From contig CAVTRN010000001.1 in the NCBI GenBank assembly GCA_963737155.1, positions 1,536,001 to 1,600,000 on the forward strand: DNA of 64,000 nucleotides. Direction: 5' to 3'. The notes beneath the pieces were generated by a model that saw only the letters and a program-made list of their open reading frames with translations, was not told the origin of the DNA and did not search any database. The translations under genes were made by a program, and so were the position numbers. This DNA comes from Nitrospirota bacterium. GTDB lineage: Bacteria > Nitrospirota > UBA9217. Every line of letters begins with the position of its first letter. Position 1 is the stretch's first letter. Positions 1-10,656 of this stretch are shown in pieces.

Positions 1-21
1 AAAATAATAAAAGGGGTTATC

Positions 22-258
22 ATGGCAAAACTTAAGAAGGCAACACGTTCGGAGGTTGATTTACTTCAACACGCAGGAATTAAGACATTCGGGGAGTTGG
101 CAGGATTTGATCCGGATAAACTCTATGTTCATCTGGAAAAGATCATTGAGCAGAAAAAACTCTCGGTACGTCTTCCGCGAAAGGAAAAACTCTCGGAATG
201 GAAGGTGCAAGCTAAATGTGAGCTTGCTGGTGATATCATCATAAAGCCCAAACCCTGA
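22..258 (+). CDS. DUF4332-like helix-hairpin-helix protein
   Basis: DLLQHAGIKTFGELA...RLPRKEKLSEWKVQAK resembles the DUF4332 C-terminal repeat; AAGGGG RBS upstream. Confidence 0.65.
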   Translation: MAKLKKATRSEVDLLQHAGIKTFGELAGFDPDKLYVHLEKIIEQKKLSVRLPRKEKLSEWKVQAKCELAGDIIIKPKP

Positions 259-320
259 CCTGTTTGGTGGCCAGATTTTTGGGAATAAAATGATTCAAGC
301 CTATATTGTGAGAGAGTTTT

Positions 321-1136
321 ATGACGGATATCAGAAAACTTGAATCAATTACAGAAGAAGAAGTTCAACAGTTTGAGACCAATAGTATAAATACGATAAC
401 CAGTCTGTGGTCTCAAATAGGGAAAGACTTCAATAATGGGATTGATGATGTCGCAAAACTTACGAATATTTCTCCTAAACGACTGTTGGATTTATTAGTT
501 CGCCAAACTGAAAAGGATAAAAAACTAACAGAAGACTTTTGGCTTAAGCGGCATTCGCTTGATGTTGGAATATTTTTGGGTCTTTGCATTCTCATAGCAT
601 TTATTTTTCAAGCCCCGAAAAGTTGTGTTTCAAGAAGAACATCACTGGCTTTTGGACAAATGGTCGTCTGCGGTGGCACTGAGCTTTTAGCATATCATGT
701 TATTCGTGCCGGCGATGTTACGGTGATGGAAGCCACCATGCAGCCTGAAACCTTTGCAATAACGGAGGACGTGATCGGACGTTACCCGCTGGAATCGATC
801 CAACCGGGTCAGCCATTGAGAAAAAATCAACTCAGTAAGGTTCGCCTTGCAGAATTAGAAGTGAAAGACCGATATCTTGTCTCTCTATCGGTTAAGGCAG
901 GAGCCGTAAGTCCATCGGTAGAGCAAGGATCACATATATCTTTATTGCTATCTATGCGTTCATCTGATAACAAACCTATTCGTGATTCTCTAATTTTGAA
1001 AGACGCGATTGTGTTGTCGCTCGAACAAAAGGGTGATGTAATTTTAGCAGTCGTTGCTATTCCTCAACAAGAGGCGAAGAAGGTAGTACCGATGATACCC
1101 AAGTCCGACGTATTTTTAATGAAACCGCTTCCATAA
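321..1136 (+). CDS. Membrane protein with DUF4332-like N-terminus and SAF/CpaB(RcpC)-like C-terminus
   Basis: HhH-like N-terminus, TM segment VGIFLGLCILIAFIF, SAF-like ELLAYHVIRAGDV...VIGRYPLESIQPGQPL. Confidence 0.6.
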   Translation: MTDIRKLESITEEEVQQFETNSINTITSLWSQIGKDFNNGIDDVAKLTNISPKRLLDLLVRQTEKDKKLTEDFWLKRHSLDVGIFLGLCILIAFIFQAPKSCVSRRTSLAFGQMVVCGGTELLAYHVIRAGDVTVMEATMQPETFAITEDVIGRYPLESIQPGQPLRKNQLSKVRLAELEVKDRYLVSLSVKAGAVSPSVEQGSHISLLLSMRSSDNKPIRDSLILKDAIVLSLEQKGDVILAVVAIPQQEAKKVVPMIPKSDVFLMKPLP

Positions 1137-1286
1137 AGGGAGCAAAGAGAACTTTGTCACTGGCACGAAGCTCGATGTTCGTTTTCACGGGTTCGCGAAA
1201 ATTTCAATTCCCTTCCCTTTTCGCCTTCGCTGACAGCTCAACCAGAGAAAGCACCTTTTACAGCATTAGGCACTGGTTTAGCACAA

Positions 1287-1541
1287 ATGGTTTTAAGTCG
1301 GAATAAAAACGTAAAAGTGCAGGAATTCTATCTTGGTTTAGATTATGACAATGGTGCAGGCTATGGTGCTCGATTAGCAGAGGGTAATTATATCGTCGTG
1401 CAAGCTCCAGATGATAGTATTAATTGGGCAGATTGGGCATATGATCCTGTGAATGCAAGAATTGTAAAAAAGAGCGATGGCAAAACAACGATTCCATATA
1501 ATTACGTTATATTTAGAGTTGCTAAGCATACAGGTGAATGA
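1287..1541 (+). CDS. Hypothetical protein (84 aa)
   Basis: Protein-like composition; no family recognised. Confidence 0.5.
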   Translation: MVLSRNKNVKVQEFYLGLDYDNGAGYGARLAEGNYIVVQAPDDSINWADWAYDPVNARIVKKSDGKTTIPYNYVIFRVAKHTGE

Positions 1542-1649
1542 AGATTTTTTAGGAAGTGACTCCGCCAAGATGAAATAGCAAAAAAACAGAAACGAAGATT
1601 TCCGTCTTTCTAATTTACAATATTTTACTAGATCATAATGGTTCTGAAA

Positions 1650-1721
1650 AAGGGTAAACTAGGGGAAACCTTGGGTTGCAGAGCAACGAGACTAACGAGA
1701 TCTTAAATCAATGTCAGCCGC
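1650..1721 (+). ncRNA. Degenerate c-di-GMP-I (GEMM)-like riboswitch aptamer
   Basis: GGGTAAA-CTAGGG-GAAA-CCTTGG-GTTGCAGAGC...GACTAA...ATGTCAGCCG follows the GEMM layout, with mismatches in the GACGCAAAG block. Confidence 0.4.
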
Positions 1722-1746
1722 CAGAGATAATATCTGGCGGCTTTTT
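1716..1746 (+). terminator. Rho-independent terminator
   Basis: AGCCGCCAGA-N7-TCTGGCGGCT followed by a T run. Confidence 0.7.
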
Positions 1747-2370
1747 ATGCTTTCAATGCCGTTAATGTTTGTTGGCTGCCCTCAATACAAGATCTATTGC
1801 GCTGGTTTATTCGGGACGAGGCATGATAGGTCAGACCCACGTTGTCCTGACGATTGCAATGCACATGGAGAACGGGTTGTTTGTAAAGCGCGTTGGCTTT
1901 AGTGACGCGTTCGAGTCTACGCCTTGCTAGCGCCATTTACTTTGCATTTATCTACGTGGTGGTGGTCCCTCTGGCTTCGGCGGTCGCGGCGTATTAGGTA
2001 TCTTACCACGTGTATTAAGGATCTGCGCTGCTGGAATGCAGATAAGAGCGTCTTTTTCAGTAAACATGCCTATCCCTCCTTTTGGTTGGGTCTCCTTTGA
2101 TTAAAGGTTTTTTTATGGAGTGCGCCCCAGTCGAGCGTATCTTGGAGAAAATCTCCAAATGTAAAGAAGCTTTGGGGACACTACACTAGATGGTTTATTG
2201 CTAAATCCGGAATTTTTTTAGCGATATTACATAATAATTCTGTATCTAACGTAATACCGGCTATCTTAGATGCTTTCGTGATCGCCGTCAAACGCTTTGG
2301 GCCACTATTCCTCAGTCATATATGCATCTACATTTGAATCTCCTTGTTAGTGAGGTTGTCTGTGTTTGGC

Positions 2371-3444
2371 TTATGTTTTATTCTTTTCCGTGCATATTCC
2401 AAGCGGCTCTTTCAGTGCCCCAACTTGTGCCCCCGCCTTTTGCTCTATCGTTGTACCGAATAACTCGACAATATTTTCCAAGCTATAACCAACAAGAAAT
2501 GCATTCATCGGTGTGACAGCATCTGGTGTAACGGTAAACGCGAGTCCGAACAATCCAATTAAGGCAATTAGAATTTTAAGCAGTATATCGCCTTTACGTG
2601 CACTAATGTAGATCAACAAATCATTCACAGGGATAACCGGCGGTAATCCAGATACTTTACTACGTTTAATACTCGAAACACCTATCTGGGTTAATGAACC
2701 AATTAATATTGCACCCCAACAAATTGTTAACGTGACTGCATGTTGAGGTTTTAAAGGCCAATATAAATTAAGCCATGTTCCAAGGTTGCATAAGAGAATT
2801 ATGAATACTATTGCTAGTCCGAATGCTGCCGTTACTGTTAATAAACTCTTGCGTCGTGCTTTAGCTTCTTCCTCGTACTTATATATAAGACCTTTTGCAA
2901 CATTAACAATGCCACCATTAATGACGCTTGGTGCCCAAGCCATATTATTAAGTACGTGGATTCGACCTTCAAGCGACGGAAGTTCGTCTTCAAATATCAC
3001 GTGAAACGGCAAATAATATCCAGGCCTACCTTTTTTAAGCCAGTCATTAACTCGAGCAGGGATCGTCCGATCTCCTACGTGAAACACAATTTCTGAACAT
3101 TGCTCCTGGAGGACGGTTAAATTGAGTAACTGTTCTTGTATATTTGGCGGCACTTGTTCAGGATTCCTAAGTATCTGGTTTCCGCTCATCTGCTCCCACA
3201 CATTAAATATGTGCCGGATAACATCACTGTCTTTATTCTCATTATCAATATTAAGCTTTCCAAGCTCCGATACTAAATTCTCTACATCACTAAATGTCTT
3301 TTTAATATATGCGGTGTTATCTTTCACATTATTATTGCCACCTTTGATACTCGTCAATAATTTATGAAGATCCATCATCTCTGCACGAAGTTCCCGCAGT
3401 GCCTTAATAGTCTTTTCATTCACCTCACGTTCGTGTTCCGTCAT
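2371..3444 (-). CDS. Hypothetical membrane protein (helical N-domain + about 4 C-terminal TM helices)
   Basis: 357 aa ORF, AGGAG RBS, four hydrophobic segments in the C-terminal third. Confidence 0.75.
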   Translation of the reverse strand: MTEHEREVNEKTIKALRELRAEMMDLHKLLTSIKGGNNNVKDNTAYIKKTFSDVENLVSELGKLNIDNENKDSDVIRHIFNVWEQMSGNQILRNPEQVPPNIQEQLLNLTVLQEQCSEIVFHVGDRTIPARVNDWLKKGRPGYYLPFHVIFEDELPSLEGRIHVLNNMAWAPSVINGGIVNVAKGLIYKYEEEAKARRKSLLTVTAAFGLAIVFIILLCNLGTWLNLYWPLKPQHAVTLTICWGAILIGSLTQIGVSSIKRSKVSGLPPVIPVNDLLIYISARKGDILLKILIALIGLFGLAFTVTPDAVTPMNAFLVGYSLENIVELFGTTIEQKAGAQVGALKEPLGICTEKNKT

Positions 3445-3617
3445 TTAGGCTCCTTTAAGTGGCCCTTGATTTCTCAGACAGAGTGGAGAACTGGTTGTTA
3501 CAGTGACCAGTTGCGTAACGTACAAAGTAACAGGTCATTGTGCAGTGGCATTCATCTGCAAGTGAATCCATAACGAGAACCGTACCGCATGCCATCACAA
3601 CATCACCCAAGCGCAGA

Positions 3618-6020
3618 TCAAGGACCTGCAAGCGGATTAATTACCTGTTCGGCAAAGAACAACCAATTTGTCGCGGCTAAGCCCACGCGTTCAGGCGGGC
3701 AATTTTGATATGGAGTATTCAAGCACTGATACAATGGCGAAAGGGTGTTACCGTTTTGTAGCGTGCTGGCTACCAATCCCTGGCCGTCGCCAAAAGGGGC
3801 CGACGCTTGCGCAAGCTGCATTTGTCCGAGATAGAAATCCGCCGGATTTTCAAAGGTTGTCTGGTTGTAAAGGAGATCAACATAGCGCATTGTCTCTACC
3901 GCTTGGCCGGTAAACTCCCAGGCAACTCCGTTTTCGCCGGAGACTGGAGTGGAAACGATATCGAATCCCTGAAACGTTTGGGTTCCAACAGAGATGGTTT
4001 GTGCAAATGTATTGAGAACGTATTGAACGGGGCGAGTCCAATCCATGACTTTGCCATCAGGCAGGGGATAGTTTGAATACCGTGGCGAGCCTGCCATTGC
4101 CAATGTAGTAAAGGTATCCGAATCAAGAAAATCGCAGTCGGGCGATGAGTTTGTGTTGATGATGTCATTGCCTTCCTGGGTGCCAGTAGGACAACTGCCA
4201 GGTCCCGGCGTGGTCACGGGCTTGCTTGTGACCGTCCCGGTGTTGAAGCGTCCATTTGTCATATCAAACATCTCCATGACAAAATCACCTGCGACATTTG
4301 CAGCAGTTGTCCAGGAATTCGTATTGCTCGAATCTAATTTGGCCAAAGCTGTAAATGCGGCAAAGATATCCGCATTGTTCTCCGTCGATTTTCCTCGATT
4401 CAAAAGTTTTGGAACAGGCGCACCGTTGTCCGGATAGCCAACATAGTAACCTCCATAGCCAGTTCCGGTCGTGTCGGTCAAGTTCGATATAATCCAATTT
4501 CCAATCGTGATCGCATCATTCAGATATTTGACGTTTCCGGACTGTTTATATTCGGTCAGTAACGCCAAAATAGCCCATGCATTGTTTCCTCCAGTAGCTC
4601 CATCGAGGACAAGACAATAGGACAGTGCGCCACAGGTGAAACCTGCTAATCGGCTGTCGCCGGCTTTTGCGGAGCCGCCGGAACCTCCACCTTGATCATT
4701 CAGAAGGGCGATGTCGCCGCTCTCATATGCGTTATGAAGTCCACATTGGGTTGCTGCGAGTCCTGAAAAGCATCCGTTCGTGCCGCTAGGAGTGGTCGAT
4801 AAGTAGTCTCCCTCATTGTCGTGGTAGAGTGCGTAGTCAAGGGCATCCGCAACTGTCTGTGCATCGGTGGTATCACCTTGATCAAGGAGGGTTTCGATTG
4901 TCATAGCCGACTCGTAAATTGCCGCAATATTGCGGTTGGCTTGGTCTGGAGGGATTGAAGCCGACGTCTGAGGAACAACGCCGAACGTCTGAGTGCTGAG
5001 CGGCAGGTTCAGAGTTTCTCCCAGTTTGGTTTGGGTGGTCCGGCTAGGGACGGGGGTGAACTGAATATTGTCCAAAAGCACCGTAGCGCCGTTTGGCGCG
5101 TATTGGGAATTGGTCACAACCGTAAACAAAACATGCACGCTATCGAGGGTTGGAGGACAGGACACTGTCCCTCCAGGCGACGACACCAAAGAACTTAGTG
5201 GAATTGTCACCGTCTACCATGTCTGGGGGATTTGTTGGAATTCCGGGGTGACACACTGCCCTACGCCGAACTGTACGGTACCCATATCGGGTGAGCGGAC
5301 ATCGAAAACTATATTTTGCACACCACGGAGATCATAGCCGTTGCCGGTTTGTAAAGAACCCCAGTTCTGCGGCTCCTCGATGTTGACGCCATTGTAGTCT
5401 GTTTGCGCGTCGAATGAAATACGCATCACGGTTCCGTGCACTGTATCGAGGGCGGTGGTGGTTGTCGATGAATAGCATCCAGTGACAGTGTCTGCCGGAT
5501 TGTCAATACAACCAGCGTCTAGGTGTATGGTTGAGGTGGTGCCGGTACTACCTGTAAAGAAACCGGACGGGAAACCGTGGTTGAACCCAGAGTCTTGATC
5601 TTTATAGACATAGAAGCTCGTTTGATTAGCGGTCACCCTTGCTTGGATCTCGTCTTCCGGAGTACCCGGCGTAGCACTGGCTTGGTTTGAGTAAGAACTG
5701 GTTCCACCACTGTTGACGGCTTGCACCACAAAGTAGTAGGTCGTGCCATTGCTTACGGTCGAGTCTTCATAGGTGGTCGTGGTCAAGTCGATAGCGATGC
5801 TGCTGTACGATCCACCGCTGCTGATCGATCTCAGCACGTTGTAGCTGGTCGCCCCTGGCGAAGCAGTCCAAGTCAACGATACTTGTGCATTGCTCGCCGT
5901 TGCCGTGAGGCTAGTTGGTGCAGCAGGCGCAGGTGTGGACTTGGAACCACCTCCGCAACCGAAAAGGGTAAGCCAAAGGAAGAGTGATATTACAAATGAT
6001 GTGCCAGTGCAAAATCGCAT
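3618..6020 (-). pseudogene. Lipoprotein with Fn3, CBM-like and six-hairpin glycosidase-like domains, split by an in-frame TAG
   Basis: ORFs 5214-6020 and 3618-5210 share a frame and are separated only by TAG (5214-5216) + ACG; lipobox LFGC; Fn3 APTSLTATASNAQVSLTW...YYFVVQAVN; W*TVTIPLS; KSTENNAD. Confidence 0.7.
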
Positions 6021-6747
6021 GATATCCCTCTCTTTGCCTAAGTTGACACCGACATCGATGTCTTGTCGCCCTTAGAGTGCGGGCGCTGAGCCGTGTGCTC
6101 TTTTCGCGCTGAGTTTCATTGTCTTGTTTAGGATGAAAACCGCAATTTGTAAAACCATGCAACTGTCGTGAGATACTGGAGGTTGGTTATTAGTTGAAAA
6201 CTTTATCATAAATGCATATTACAAACCGTATTTTGTGCTTCTATTATATTTATTGAAAAAAATCCGCTCTGTCAAGGATTCACCGGTTTCACTGATCAGA
6301 ATCAGAAGGAGAGTGGTTATCATAAACTATCAAGATTTTGGAGCTCAGTCGTGATCCTCATCTCAACCTCAATTCATCAATCTAGGTCTGATAATAATTA
6401 GAAATGTCGTCTTAATTATTATGATTATATTATTTTTAAAAATCATAACACCTTATTTTAAAGTGTGTCTAAAGTGTGTCATTGTTTGCCGTTCATGTCA
6501 ATCGGGGAAACCCTAGTTTTGTGCGATGAAAATCCCAGATCTTTGTTTACGAATATTCTTGGGAAAATGCAAAATGCGTCTTGCAGGGAAGGTGTAGCGC
6601 TGCATCGCTTGCCGCGACAAAAATTTAAGTCTGGTTTCCTATCGCAAGTAAATTATTTCCAACAAAAGCAAAGTATGATATGCTTCTAAATATATTTTCA
6701 AGCCCCGTGTTATAGATATATGGTATTCTATAGCGAGAGACAGAGAG

Positions 6748-7491
6748 GTGACGATGAATCGACCAGAGAGCAAAATGTTTCCCAATGACGTAGCGCGCAA
6801 GCTCAAGAGCTACGTGTACAGACTAATTGACCCTCGAAAGGGTGAGACATTCTATATTGGGAAGGGCAAGGGCAACCGCTTATTTTCGCATATCCAAGCC
6901 GAGCAGAAATTGGTAGGCGACGATCTCGAAAATAAAATAATGCGCATCCGGGAAATACTCAATGCGGGATTAGAGGTCATTCACGTTATACATCGTCACG
7001 GAATGGATAACAAGACCGCCTTCGAAGTTGAATCCGCGCTCATCGGTGCGTATCCGGGGCTCACCAATATCACTGATGGGGCGGGTGGTAATGACTATGG
7101 GGCGATGCACGCGAAGGAGATCATCAGCTTTTATTATAGCAAGCCGGCAATATTCAAACACAAGGCGTTGTTGATTAACGTCAACAGAAGCGCCACCGAG
7201 ACATTGCTGTACGAAGCAACCCGTTACGCCTGGAAGATTAAAAAGGCTACGGCGGAGCAGGCTGAAGTCGTTCTCTCCACCTTAAAGGGTGAGATCGTCG
7301 GAGCCTTCATTGCTCACCGCTGGTTAGAAGCGACAATAAAGAACTTTCCAGGGCGCGCCACAAGACCCGGACGATTCAGATTCGAGGGGAAAGAGGCCCC
7401 TGAGAACATAAAAAAGCTGTACGTGGACAAGCGAGTGCCTGACGAGTACCGCAAGCCTGGGGCTGCGAATCCGATCAAGTATACTTGGTAG
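6748..7491 (+). CDS. LEM-3-like GIY-YIG nuclease domain protein
   Basis: YVYRLIDPR..ETFYIGKGKGNR.F.H and AFEVESALI motifs. Confidence 0.85.
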   Translation: MTMNRPESKMFPNDVARKLKSYVYRLIDPRKGETFYIGKGKGNRLFSHIQAEQKLVGDDLENKIMRIREILNAGLEVIHVIHRHGMDNKTAFEVESALIGAYPGLTNITDGAGGNDYGAMHAKEIISFYYSKPAIFKHKALLINVNRSATETLLYEATRYAWKIKKATAEQAEVVLSTLKGEIVGAFIAHRWLEATIKNFPGRATRPGRFRFEGKEAPENIKKLYVDKRVPDEYRKPGAANPIKYTW

Positions 7492-7492
7492 C

Positions 7493-7585
7493 GCCGAACC
7501 GGACACTGTACCTGACCGTGACCGCCCTACTGGTTTCGCACAACATCAGGCTCTTTCAGCGGCTCCTGCAGGGCGGTTCTGAGGG
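7493..7585 (+). repeat. Degenerate integron attC-like site
   Basis: Starts GCCGAAC-CGGACACTGTACCTGAC right after the stop codon; imperfect dyad ending CAGCGGCTCCTGCAGG; R' box eroded. Confidence 0.4.
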
Positions 7586-7843
7586 CGTCCTTCCATATCG
7601 TGTACACGATGCCTGTAATGTCCAGGTAAAGTCAAATCCGAGTCCGAACGTCATGGATACGCACTATTAGATATCACATTGTAACAAACAGCATGATACA
7701 ATAAGAAAAAGATACCTTTTATACGGATATTGTGGGTATATTATGGTAGTAGAGATCGCATGTATAACGGACTGCAGACAAACTGTTCTTGGCGAATCTA
7801 CGAACGGGGCCGCAGGACTATTACAGCATTCGGGAGTAACAGT

Positions 7844-8374
7844 ATGAGCAGTATATCCCAGTTGATCGCAATGATCAATAAAATGGAGAAGGACGGCGTG
7901 ATTAGGGGCTATGCCATCGGGGGAGCGGTGGGGGCCACGTTTTACCTGGAGCCGGTGGCGACCCTTGATGTAGACATATTTGTGGTCTTTCAACCACAAA
8001 CAAGCCAGCGTCTACTGAGTCTGCAACCGATTTACGATTACCTGACTGCCCGGGGCGGCGTCATGGAGAAAGAGTATGTAGTCATCGCCGGATGGCCTGT
8101 GCAATTTTTGCCACCCACAGGCCCGCTAGTTGAGGAGGCCCTGGCTGATGCCGTTACTGTGCAGGTAGAGGATACGCCAGCGCGAGTTTTCACCGCCGAA
8201 CACCTTGCTGCCGTTGCTCTCCAGACCGGCAGACCCAAGGATAAGGCGCGATTGCTTCAGTTCGTCGAGTCCGGCGCAATCGCCGCTGATCGTTTTAAGA
8301 CCATCCTTGACCGGCACGGTCTCAACAATCAATGGACGGAGTTTAAGAGAACATTCCTATCGGGTGCGAAATGA
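7844..8374 (+). CDS. Nucleotidyltransferase-fold protein
   Basis: YAIGGAVG...ATLDVDIF motif; start moved to ATG 7844 after a GGGAG RBS. Confidence 0.7.
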   Translation: MSSISQLIAMINKMEKDGVIRGYAIGGAVGATFYLEPVATLDVDIFVVFQPQTSQRLLSLQPIYDYLTARGGVMEKEYVVIAGWPVQFLPPTGPLVEEALADAVTVQVEDTPARVFTAEHLAAVALQTGRPKDKARLLQFVESGAIAADRFKTILDRHGLNNQWTEFKRTFLSGAK

Positions 8375-8577
8375 CCTTTGACCTCAAACGAATGCTTGAA
8401 AGCAAAAAAGCGTTGCGCCGCAAACTCGCAAGCCGCCCCTTGGCGGAAAAACTCGCTATGCTTGACGCACTACGCGAACGTGCACTCGTCCTCCGTAAGG
8501 CTGCCGAATCCATGCGTCATTCTGCCGTGCGCGAAGGCGCGAAGGGGGCGAATGACACGATCCTAGAAAAGAAGTAG
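8371..8577 (+). CDS. Small helical protein coupled to the nucleotidyltransferase
   Basis: ATGA overlap with the upstream gene; basic helical 68 aa. Confidence 0.6.
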   Translation: MTFDLKRMLESKKALRRKLASRPLAEKLAMLDALRERALVLRKAAESMRHSAVREGAKGANDTILEKK

Positions 8578-8767
8578 AAAATGTTATTACTTTTTGATTA
8601 GCACAACCCTGATATGATTCGTATTTAAAGTTCACGTTCGAGTCCAGCTTGGGGAGCTAAACACTCCCACACTATCCATCATACTCCGAAATATGCACTG
8701 TATTTTATATTACTCATTTCAAACTTGCCCACTACCTGATTTTCATGAATTATTGAGGTTGTATCAA

Positions 8768-8860
8768 CTACCTCGTCGCAAGCTGCGGAGTATGAGAACC
8801 GTGTTCATCTGAATCATTCACCGCTAGCGGCGGGGAATTTAACCCGAAGAACCGATTAAA
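8768..8860. repeat. REP/IS200-605-end-like palindromic element
   Basis: TACCTCGTCGCAAGCTGCGGAGTAT and CCGCTAGCGGCGGGGAATTT; related copy inverted at 43961-43990. Confidence 0.45.
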
Positions 8861-8870
8861 GAGGGGGCAC

Positions 8871-9059
8871 TTATGTGAGTAGAAGGGGGTGTGATTTTTC
8901 GCGAGCATTCACCCACAGGGGGGGTAGCTGAGCGCCAAAGCCTTCACCGTATTCGTCTCGCAATGTACTGACCAACGTGTAGCTGCGTTTTTTGCGAAAT
9001 TCTCCGTCATTATCTCGCATTCTTTCGTCTATGCCTTTAGGGAAATGCCTTTTCGTCAT
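8871..9059 (-). CDS. Small hypothetical protein, C-terminus probably truncated
   Basis: AGGAGG RBS; MTKRHFPKGIDERMRDNDGEFRKKRS..LV.TLR.EYGEGF is protein-like, the tail is not. Confidence 0.5.
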   Translation of the reverse strand: MTKRHFPKGIDERMRDNDGEFRKKRSYTLVSTLRDEYGEGFGAQLPPLWVNAREKSHPLLLT

Positions 9060-9096
9060 GTTTTGTCCTCCTTATTAGCAAGGTGACCCAATTAGG

Positions 9097-10656
9097 CTAA
9101 GTTTCACATTTAAAATAGATATCACGTGGCAGGCTCTCCAGTGCCTGACATTCCCCCGCAAGGTAGAGGATTGAGGCATTTTGATGTATATATAGTGGAG
9201 ACAAAAAGCTTCGCTCACTAGTCCATCTGGTCAAAGAACGCCCTTTTTTTGCTCCACGATCTGAAATTGAAAACAACTGCTGATATTGGCGAGGTGCGAC
9301 TCCTGTATAAGCAAAGAAGACAACCTTACCTTCCTCCTCTTTACCATATAATGATTCTAACGTGATTTCCTCACGGTAGAGACCGCGCGCTCGGCTTTTG
9401 GGATATGGCTCCAAGTAAACGACTCTTCGAATGCCGGCAGCAATAATATGCTTTGCACAATTGTGGCAAGGGAAGGTCGTGACATACATCGAATGACCGT
9501 CTACAGCGACGCCACTACGCGCTGCGTCGATCAATGCAGTCATTTCTGCGTGCACAGGACGGCTGAATTCGCCAATATCGAGGAATTGTGTTCCTTTGAG
9601 TTCCTTCAATAGACTGTCAGCAAGGTCTCTCGTGGGTTCTATAGCGACCGCCTCTTGCAACCACTTTTTTTGAATAATTTTCTCGATCAATTCAGTCAAA
9701 ACGCTGATCTTAATTTCAGCGGCGCGATTTATGCCCTGCTGAAGAAGATTCTGGTCTCGCAAATCGGGGGAGTTCTGATCCCAGTAAAAACCACCACCGC
9801 GCGGGACTTCATTCATTCCAACTGCTATGATATTTGTGTTCCTAGTTTTGTAGTCGTCGCGAGTGAGACTGACGATAACAGCCCCCACCTGTCGGCTATC
9901 GTCTGAGGACCGGAGTGATACTGCATTTGCTTGGTACATTGTATATTCATCGGGTTTTGGCGTGTGGAAGGGATGGCCGAAGAGCAGATCCACAAATCTT
10001 CGAACTTCATATTCCCCCTTATCAATTCCCAGGTTGGCAAAAAAATCTGCTTAAGGGTAGGTATCGCGAACATTCTGCCCGAAATCATCATCTTGTTTTT
10101 CGTCGATTGAGGTTAGTCAGATGCTTTGGCTTCAAAGCGATCCTCCTTGCCAGCTTGGTACGCTTTTAGTGCCATACGCCGCTGAAGCTCTTCTTTACGC
10201 TGGACGCGAGCCGCATGCCCTGCGATAAGAAGAAAGGAAGCCCCATACACGTGGCGTAGCAGATCGACCTCGTCGGGATGTTTCAGCTGGTGCAGAATAT
10301 ACGCATGCGCCGGTGCGGGCTTATCAGGCTTCCTGAAATTTTACCCCTTTCAGTTCGAATTTCTGCTATACCTGCTAGTGCTAAGGCATCGCCCCTGTGA
10401 AGCCGCTTTCTAAATGCATTGCCCATATTCTGCAGATGCATTATCCGTTCGCCTTCGCCTATTCCCGTTTGATTGACCCAGCCGGTAAAATGAAGTAATA
10501 GGTGAGAGAGCCGAATTTCCACGGCCTGATACCCGAAGATCAACAGCTCCTCCCTGAGCTCACGTGACAATTCATTCAACCGCGTACCTGCGGCGCCGCC
10601 GAGCGCAAAAAAAGTTCGGGTTTATGATTTGATAAAGATAAATTAACGGAGCTCAT
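9097..10656 (-). pseudogene. Anti-phage dCTP deaminase (P-loop-like + deaminase, AvcD-type), disrupted
   Basis: Reconstructed MSSVNLSLSNHKPELF(F)ALGGAAGT...YILHQLKHPDEV..LRHVYG...FGQNVRDTYP*ADFF...RQVGAVI...HAE...TTFPCHNC; apparent 1-nt deletions near 10607-10613, 10327 and 10116 plus in-frame TAA 10051-10053. Confidence 0.85.

Noticed and set aside
5214-5216. Pyrrolysine recoding of the TAG
   Set aside because: No pyl genes in the window and the context fits Gln; a nonsense change is more parsimonious
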